64,000 bases of DNA from the NCBI RefSeq assembly GCF_009914755.1, contig NC_060943.1; one strand, given 5' to 3'. The translations under genes and the position numbers were made by a program. The DNA is from the human T2T-CHM13v2.0 reference genome, Homo sapiens. The first letter of the stretch is position 1; each line of letters begins with the position of its first letter. The notes under the pieces were generated by a model that was given only the letters and a program-made list of their open reading frames with translations, searched no databases and was not told the origin of the DNA. Of the stretch, positions 41,250 to 64,000 are shown piece by piece.

Positions 41250-42300
41250 TTCTGTGCTAGGTGGCCAGAGGGCGGGCTCTACACGAGAGCCTCAGGGGAC
41301 CCTGCGCCAGGCGTCCGAGGCCACGTCGGGTTGCCGCGCTCCGGGTCGGACTGCACCTTGAACGCTCCAGCCCTCCCCTGGGGGCGTACCGCCCACGGCC
41401 GCTGCGACTGGCCGCGGGGCCTGCCAGTCTTCGGCTTTGCGGCCAATCCCGGTCTCCCCCCAAGCTACGCCCTCCGTTCCTCTCGCCTCTGCCCCACCGG
41501 TAGCGCCAGTTTCTTCGTAGCCCCGCCCCTGGCCCCCAGCGATTGGCCGACAGTTCTGCCTGTTTTCTGCCAAGATTCCAATCCTCGCCTGCCTCCAGGC
41601 CCTCGCCTCCCAGCGCCTAGCACCCTGAGGGACCACTCAGGCACCCCAGGCCTCTCCCAATAGCCCCACCTCTGCCAATCAGCGATTGGCTTTAGGGGCT
41701 GCCCATCTGCTTCATACTCGCCAATCACTGTCGCTTCCAGCGCTGACTGGCCAGGGAGCAGCCAATCGGGGCGTGGCGTGGACCCCTCCCGTGGCGCGCT
41801 CTGGGGGTGCGCGAGGCGGGGCCGTGGCGGCTGGAGGTAGCGGCGGCGGCGACGCGTCCGGGCCGGTGAGGGGGCGCGGGGGGCGCCGGGGGGGCCCAAG
41901 CGTCAGCGGCCCGCGCCTGTCGGGCTGAACTGAGGTGAGGCACGGGTCCTGTCATGGATCCCGGGGCGAGGGGCGGATGAGGCGGGGCATGACAGTAGCG
42001 TCGCGAGGGCAGGAAGAGGTTAAAGACCCCCCCCAACCCCACACTCCACGTCTACTGCCCCCTGGGGGCTACTGCATCCAGGTTTGAGCCCGTCACCCGC
42101 AGTCCACGCACGCCTGACACCACGTCCCTTTTCGTTGACATCCCCCATACACTTTAGACTGTCCTTGCTGACATCTCCCACACCCCTGGGGCCTTGTCCC
42201 CGGCGCCCCGCACAGCTGGGTCTGACATCCCCCTCACACACCTGACACCGCGCCCCCACTCACGAACACCCGCCCCCACTCACGAACACCCCCCACATCA
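41250..42300. promoter_or_regulatory. CpG island promoter with many CCAAT boxes and GC boxes
   Basis: CpG-rich. CCAAT/ATTGG at about 41443, 41542, 41578, 41657, 41675, 41685, 41721 and 41762; GC box GGGGCGTGGC at 41768. Confidence 0.85.
41790..41934 (+). other. SLC25A42: Non-coding first exon, probably SLC25A42 (mitochondrial CoA carrier); its intron 1 runs to the window end
   Basis: GAG|GTGAGG donor at 41935, downstream of the CCAAT/GC boxes. Gene identity rests on the known order SUGP2-ARMC6-SLC25A42, not on coding sequence in the window. Confidence 0.65.
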
Positions 42301-43509
42301 CCTGAGTCTGTCCTTGTCGATGACACCCCCACACCCACACCTGAGCCTGTGACTCCTAACTCATGGCCTCGCAACTCACACCTGGACCTAGTCCCGTCCC
42401 CCACTGCCTTTCCTCATATCCAGGTATCTGCTCGCTACTCTCGTGCCCACTCCCCCAGCAACCTGTGTCTCTCTTCTCAGGGACCTTCCCCCTGGCACCT
42501 GCCCTCTGCCCTGGCAGCCCCACACCTCTGTCTCCCCCTTTTCTCTCTCCCACCTTGGGCTTTCTTCCACGTGCACCTGTGTTCGCACACCCTCTGTAAT
42601 AATCCCCCCGAATCCCCCAGGTCCTCCAATAGTCCCCCAAGCCTTGGTATCTCAGGATCGCTGCACCCTCCCCTCCCCAAACAAAAGCTTACCCCAGTGT
42701 TCATTTCTAACAGTGCTTGACAGTCTATAAAGTGATTTCCGGACCTTAGAATAATCCCATCTGTCAGACCAAACCGGAATCATCTCCATTTTACCAGCCA
42801 CAGACCTAAACCACTTGAATGCTAGAGGCAGAGCCTATTCTACCCTGGGCATCGCTGACCCTCTGCTGTGGACCCACCGCGTTTGGGCCCATCTGTTATG
42901 TTTATCTCAGAGGGATTGGCAGGAGTCGTGACTTTGACTGGGTCCGGAAAGGCTTAGCTGGAAGGGACGGCCCCTCTGCCAAGCGTGTGTCTCGGAGTCC
43001 TGGGGCAGGCTGGCGGTGGAGACGCTGCCGGAGGAGGGGGGCTCATCATCTTGGGTGCCTCCTGCAGGATGCCGGAGAGGGGGTTGCCGGGGCCGGGGCT
43101 CCCAGCTCTTGCAGACCCGGGACCCCTCTCCGACACTCCCTGGGCCCTTGAAGCCGATAAAGAGTAAGGAAACACTCTTTAGAGTGAGGCAAACTAATGT
43201 TTCAGCTGTTTAAAGCTAACCTGCAAAACGAGCCTGGGTGGTGCTAGGAATGATTCTTCTGGAATTTTTTAGTTCCCTTGAGTCTGATTTGCAAGCATGC
43301 AGCATAGAAGGAGGACAGTGGCTTTGTTGTTGAAAAGCAATAACGTGCCATTTCCTGTAAGGCTCCTGGAGCGTTTCTTACCCCCTCCCACCGCTCCCTG
43401 CAAAGACGGTACCAGAATGTTTCAGAGGGTCATGTCACCTTCAGCTTCTCCTGTGGAAACTGAAGCCATTTGGGTTTTCTGTCCAACTTCAATAGGAGTC
43501 ATTTAAAAC

Positions 43510-43650
43510 ATATATGGGCATGTATGTATATATGTATGTATATGTGTGTGTGTTGTACACATATGTACATGTACCTATAATATTCATATGTTTATATACA
43601 TATTTTATATATACATATTTCGTGTGTGTTATATATGTACATGTGTATAA
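43510..43650. repeat. Degenerate (TA/TG)n low-complexity repeat
   Basis: Directly visible. Confidence 0.85.
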
Positions 43651-43669
43651 ACTTTGGCAAGATCATTGA

Positions 43670-46860
<3,191 letters not shown>

Positions 46861-47204
46861 GTATATAACATGTATGTGAAAAGAAAGAAGATTTAACCAA
46901 TAATAAAATTAGCACCCAACTCAGGAAGTAGAACGATGTCCCCTGGAGGCCCCACCCTGTTCACAGAGCTATTTTTAAAATATGCTTGTCAACATTTGTT
47001 TTCTTCACTGAGCACCTTTTGCTACTACCATCTTGGGCAGAATGCTTGGATTCCAGGGGCTCAACAAAGTTCTCTGCTGGCCAGATTTTCTGCTGAGCTC
47101 TCTGCCAGCCCAGCAGCCTGTGAGGTTCTGGCAGGCAAATGGCTGAGGACAAGCCACCAGCTGAGGGGCAGGCCAACACTTGGAGGCTTGGCCTCAGATC
47201 CCTG

Positions 47205-48590
<1,386 letters not shown>

Positions 48591-48791
48591 TGCTGAGCTA
48601 GTTATTTCCAACAGGACATTATTAAGGGAAATGCTTGTTCAGGTACCTCTGTTACTTCAGGAAGAATAGGCCAATGGGGTCGGACACATTCCTCAGCCCC
48701 TCCAGATGGCTCATGTTGGCAGCTTCGCTTACTCACCTGTCTCCCTCGGAAGGTGGAGGCATCCAGATGCTCTAAGCCACCAAGGACCTGA

Positions 48792-52982
<4,191 letters not shown>

Positions 52983-53988
52983 GAAGTAGCTTGTCCTGCC
53001 CTCTCCCAAGCAACTGTCAACTTGCTTGGAACCAGTGTTCCCATTGCTCTGGAGGTTCTATGCTGAGGCTGGTGTGATCATGAGTTATCGAAGATCCCAT
53101 GCTCCAGGTTCACGTTTCCTGAATAATGCTGCTTAGTAAGTCATTTCCTATGTCATCCTCCCATACCCCGCCGAGCTTTGTTTTTTGTTTGATGAATGGA
53201 AAGACTGCATGAACAGAAGCAGCATGGGAAAAGATACACGTATGTTATTTGGGGCTGGCCCCCCTCTGCCTGGCCGCTGGTAGTCACCCTTGTGGGGACA
53301 CCTGAATCCCAGTTCAGAAAGCACTGGCATCCTAGGTACTCGCGAAAGGTACCTAGAGTGAACGTGGCAAGGCTGGGCCTCGGAGCCACAGGACACTGTC
53401 ATCTGTGGTTGTAAATACTATGTGGGGCTGGGGGAGTACGAGGTACCTACCCCAGCACAGCATACGAGTCAGGACTCTGGCAGGTGCAAGTGACAGAAAC
53501 CCATCCTATGCTGACTGAACTGGAAAGGGTGCTTCCTGGGCTCCATGACAGCAAAGTCCGTGTGCTTTTGGCACCACTGGCTGCCAGATCCCCCTAGCCT
53601 GCAGGTATCCTCCTTCACCTCCTGGCCTTGCTCTGCCCTCTAACTCTGTGTCAACTCTGCCCTGCAGTCTCACACCCTACTGGCTTCCCCTCCCCTGAAG
53701 AAAGAGGACTTCTCCAGCCCGATGGTTCCCTCAAAAGTCCCAGATCTTGGTCTTTGGGGGCAGCACCCTGAACCTAGGGGAGTGTGAAGTCTCATTACCT
53801 GACCATGGCCACCTGGGTCACCCTGGAGTCAAGGGGAGGATCAGCCCCACTTTCTTCTCCACAGTGACAGGGAGCAGAGCGAGTGGTTTCCCAGAATGCT
53901 GTCCTCAGAAGGGATGGCCACTGTGCGTGTGGACCAACTGTAGAGCTTCAGTGCCTCCTCCAGGCTTTCATCACTGCTAAGATCATCA

Positions 53989-57830
<3,842 letters not shown>

Positions 57831-58320
57831 CATACAAGGACACCAGTTTCTCCACTTGCTCGCCTGGCAGGTTTTAGTCAGATGCTTGGCAGGATGGGTG
57901 GGAGTCAGGAGGAGAACGGGTGTTCCGCATGTGTAGGCTTGTCAGCCAGCACTGGGGTGGGATGGTGAGACCAACTCTCAGATGAGGAGGCCGAGGTCCT
58001 GGGAGCTGGTACACTTGCCTGAGGGTGCTCATCTGGTGAAGAGCAGAGTGGGCTTGAATCTGTGACCCTGCCTTCAAGTTCACAATGGGAAATGCTTCCT
58101 CAGCAGGTGACTGAGGGTGAAGGGTCACTGCTTGTGCCCCAGCAGTGACATTTTAGGGATAAGGACAGCCCCACCCCCTACCCATTGGATCCATGAGTAA
58201 GGAGACAGAAAAGGAAGGAGGCAAGGGGAGGGGCTCTCACCCAGAAGTACAGCGTCCTCTTCCTTCATTTGGACCAGGCTCAGGGCTCAGGGTTCTGCTG
58301 ATGAAATAGGTCCCTCCCAA

Positions 58321-59015
<695 letters not shown>

Positions 59016-59939
59016 AAATACCCTCCCCACAGACTTGTCATTGGGGCACATTTCTGCAGGATGTCCCAAGTGGCCCCAGGGTGACTTTCCAGCACTGGAC
59101 CCATAAGGAACCACAGGGACCACCACTATGACCAGCCTGGCAGGGGGTGATGATGAGAGGAAGTGACACCCCAACAACAGAACCTGGAAAGAAGTGTTTC
59201 CAGTGCCAGTTGGCCCGTCTGTTTTTAAATAAACAGAAGCATGTTTCATGTTTTGTCCTCATAGCGTCCCTGGCAGTGTCATGGGACACTCAGGTGGTAC
59301 CACTAGTTCTGACAACCTCTTCTCGCTTGGGAAGCCGAGGTGGGGGCTGATGGGCGTAGGTAGACTACCTGTCCCTTATAGTGACAAAGAGGAGAATGCC
59401 ACTGAGGGTGGGGGTCATGGGAACTGGGGCTTCCTCCCCGAACCCATCCAAGCCTCCCTGTCCCAGGAAACGACCTCACCACCTCCAGGTCTCAGGCAGA
59501 ACCTGGACAGGCTCCTGAGGCGCCCGCCACCTCCCTCCACTGCAGCCTACCGTCCAGGCCCTACGCTGTCACCCGAGTGGTCCCGTGGTGTCCTCTGGCT
59601 TCCTTGCCTCACTGTCCTCTTCGCTCCTTTAGCCGAGTGACCTCTGTCCCTGGAGACCCATTCCTTCTCTCACTAGCCCCATGGGCTTTGCATTTTGTGG
59701 CTGGAATGTGGCTCTGCCATGCCTTGGACACTGCCCCTCAGGGAGGCCGACCTGATCACCTGGTCACTGGTCGCAAGTCTGGGTACACGTTGTCATGGGA
59801 GTGATTGGCCTCCTGGGACCACTCCCACTAGGGCTGGCAGCTCTAGTGTCTGGTTATTTGACGTCAGCCTGACGTCCACCTCCCGTCACTCCCCTGGCCA
59901 CTGGCCCAGTTGGTCCTCTTCCCTTGTGACAGCCTGTGT

Positions 59940-61270
<1,331 letters not shown>

Positions 61271-61599
61271 GTGGTCCTTAAGGTTCCCCTTTCCAGGGAA
61301 GTCACCCCAAATGTCAGGACAAGAGGGTTTCAGGATCTCCAGCCTCGGCTCTCTGGCCTCCTGCCCCTGCCCTGCCCAGCAGCGTCATTCAGCCTCTTCT
61401 GGGGCTCCTCTTACCTCAAGGGCGAAGGCCTGAATTGGCAAACCCTCAGCACTCACTGCACAGGCACCAGGCCAGGCCAGCACAGTGAACGAGTGTCGTG
61501 GAGGGAAGTCACAGGAGCAGTGAGGATGCAGAGCAGAGGTACAGCCTGGGCAAGGGGCAGAGAGCCCCAGAAAAAGTGAAAGGGTACCTCACTCCTGCA

Positions 61600-62030
61600 T
61601 ACCCCACTGCCCCAGCATGCACCTCCTGGCCCCTGCACACACCATCTGACACCCAACTGCCTCTAAATGCATCTCCAGGGCCCTGCACACACCTGCCCAC
61701 ACCCCACCACCCCAGCATGCCCCTGCAGGCACCTCCTGGGCCCTGCACACACCTGCCCGCACCCCACCACCCCAGCGTGCCCCTGCAGGCACCTTCAGGG
61801 CGCTGCACACACCTGCCCACACCCCACCACCCCAGCATGCCCCTGCAGGCACCTCCAGGGCCCTGCACACACCTGACTGCACCCCACCACCCCAGTGTGC
61901 CCCTGCAGGCACCTCCAGGGCCCTGCACACACCTGCCCATACCCCACCACCGCAACATGCCTGGACCCTGTACATACCTGCCTGCATCCCACCACCACAG
62001 TGTGCCCCGGCAGGCACCTTTGGGGTGTTG
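61600..62030. repeat. 60-bp minisatellite (VNTR): 4 near-perfect units 61681-61920 plus degenerate flanking units
   Basis: Unit CCCTGCACACACCTGCCCACACCCCACCACCCCAGCATGCCCCTGCAGGCACCTCCAGGG aligns line by line. Confidence 0.95.
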
Positions 62031-62630
62031 CACACACCATCTCCCACCCAGCGTCCACCACAGGCCCCACCTCCCCTCTACATCTGCATAGTCAGGTTTG
62101 GGGCCCACAGATGCTCTGACATAGGTATATCCAGTTCAGCTTCTCCAGCCACCTGAGTCTTTGGGGCAACCTCTTCATCGTAGTGAAATCTCCACCCACC
62201 TTCCCTCCCCAAACCCGCTTCTTTGTCTATGGCGGTGGATGTATAGCATCACATCCCCAGAGGGTAATGGAGCATTTGGGTTTAATGGACAGTGCAAAGT
62301 GAATATCCACAAGGCCACACAGATAGGAATCAATGACTGAAAAAATAAATGGGGCAGGAGAGACAGCCGTCCCTGTGGAATAATTCCAAGTCCTATCCAT
62401 CGATGCTCCCCTTTCCGGGAGGTGGAGCTTAACCCATCCCCATCCCATCAGACTGGGCTGCTTCCAAAGAGTAGAGTAGGGAATGGGGAATACCCACTTG
62501 ACAGAGGCCCCTGGCTGAACCCACCTTACCCAAGAGGTCCAGGTGCAGGTCACCTGGGGGAAGTTGCCCTCCTATGCCCCTGGAACTGGCTGTTCCTTTA
62601 GGTTAAGCAAAGTCTTGAGTAAGGGCACAT

Positions 62631-63491
<861 letters not shown>

Positions 63492-63616
63492 AATAGCCAC
63501 TATTGTGTTGTATGGGTGCCTGTGTCTTCACCCCATTCTCACCCCCACATGCAGAGGCAGAAACAGGCCCTGGAGGAAGGAAGGCCTTTGCCTGAGCATG
63601 GCCCCAGACACCCTGA

Positions 63617-63682
63617 GGGGAGGGGAGAGGGGAGAGAGGAGAGGAGGCAAGAGGAGAGGAGGGGAGAGGGGAGGGGAGGGGG
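63617..63682. repeat. (GGAGA/GGGGA)n purine-rich repeat
   Basis: Directly visible. Confidence 0.85.
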
Positions 63683-64000
63683 CCAGCCAGGGTCAGGGTG
63701 CACTCTGCTGAGAAGGGCAATGGGTTCCCTGAAAACCAGGGCTGCCAGCGCCCTTCCCTGCCCCTCAACACTGAGCCCCTGGGTGTAGCCACGCTGGCTT
63801 AGAGTCACCCTCCACAGTACGCCTTGGGACCATGTGCCGTGGAGGACCTGGACCAAGAGGAGTCAGATCACCCGGCCAGTCCTTCTATAGCCACAGACAC
63901 CCAACGTGTGTTTCCTGGACTTGGCATGCCCCAGAAGCTGCTGGTTTTCTCCAGGCTTTCTTTGTTTTAGCACTTTATGAGAGAGAGTCTCGCTCTGTCA

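Noticed and set aside
61498-62119. ORFs of about 200 aa on both strands over the VNTR; also considered as a CRISPR-like array
   Set aside because: The stop-free 60-bp unit explains the ORFs. The units are contiguous with no unique spacers, and the DNA is human.

Overview
Human (primate) Alu-dense genomic DNA, recognisable as chr19p13.11. It holds the 5' part of SUGP2 on the minus strand (exon 1, coding exon 2 and the 1608-nt exon 3). SUGP2 shares a bidirectional CpG-island promoter with the complete ARMC6 gene on the plus strand (9 exons; 476-aa and 501-aa ORFs reconstructed from splice sites). A second CpG island, rich in CCAAT boxes, carries a non-coding first exon and long intron, most likely SLC25A42 (from known gene order; no coding sequence in the window). 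The rest is Alu, L1, L2, MER4/MLT LTRs, hAT DNA transposons, microsatellites and a 60-bp VNTR. Main hunt results: (1) the first coding exons of the head-to-head neighbours SUGP2 and ARMC6 appear homologous (both 121 nt from ATG to donor, same intron phase, RIxQETFDA motif), suggesting inverted duplication and exon capture; (2) the large symmetric SUGP2 exon 3 carries motifs resembling the LAP2alpha / DIRS-retrotransposon Gag-like domain, suggesting an unrecognised domesticated retroelement. Together these imply SUGP2 is a chimeric gene. Repeat boundaries and subfamily names were assigned by eye and are approximate.
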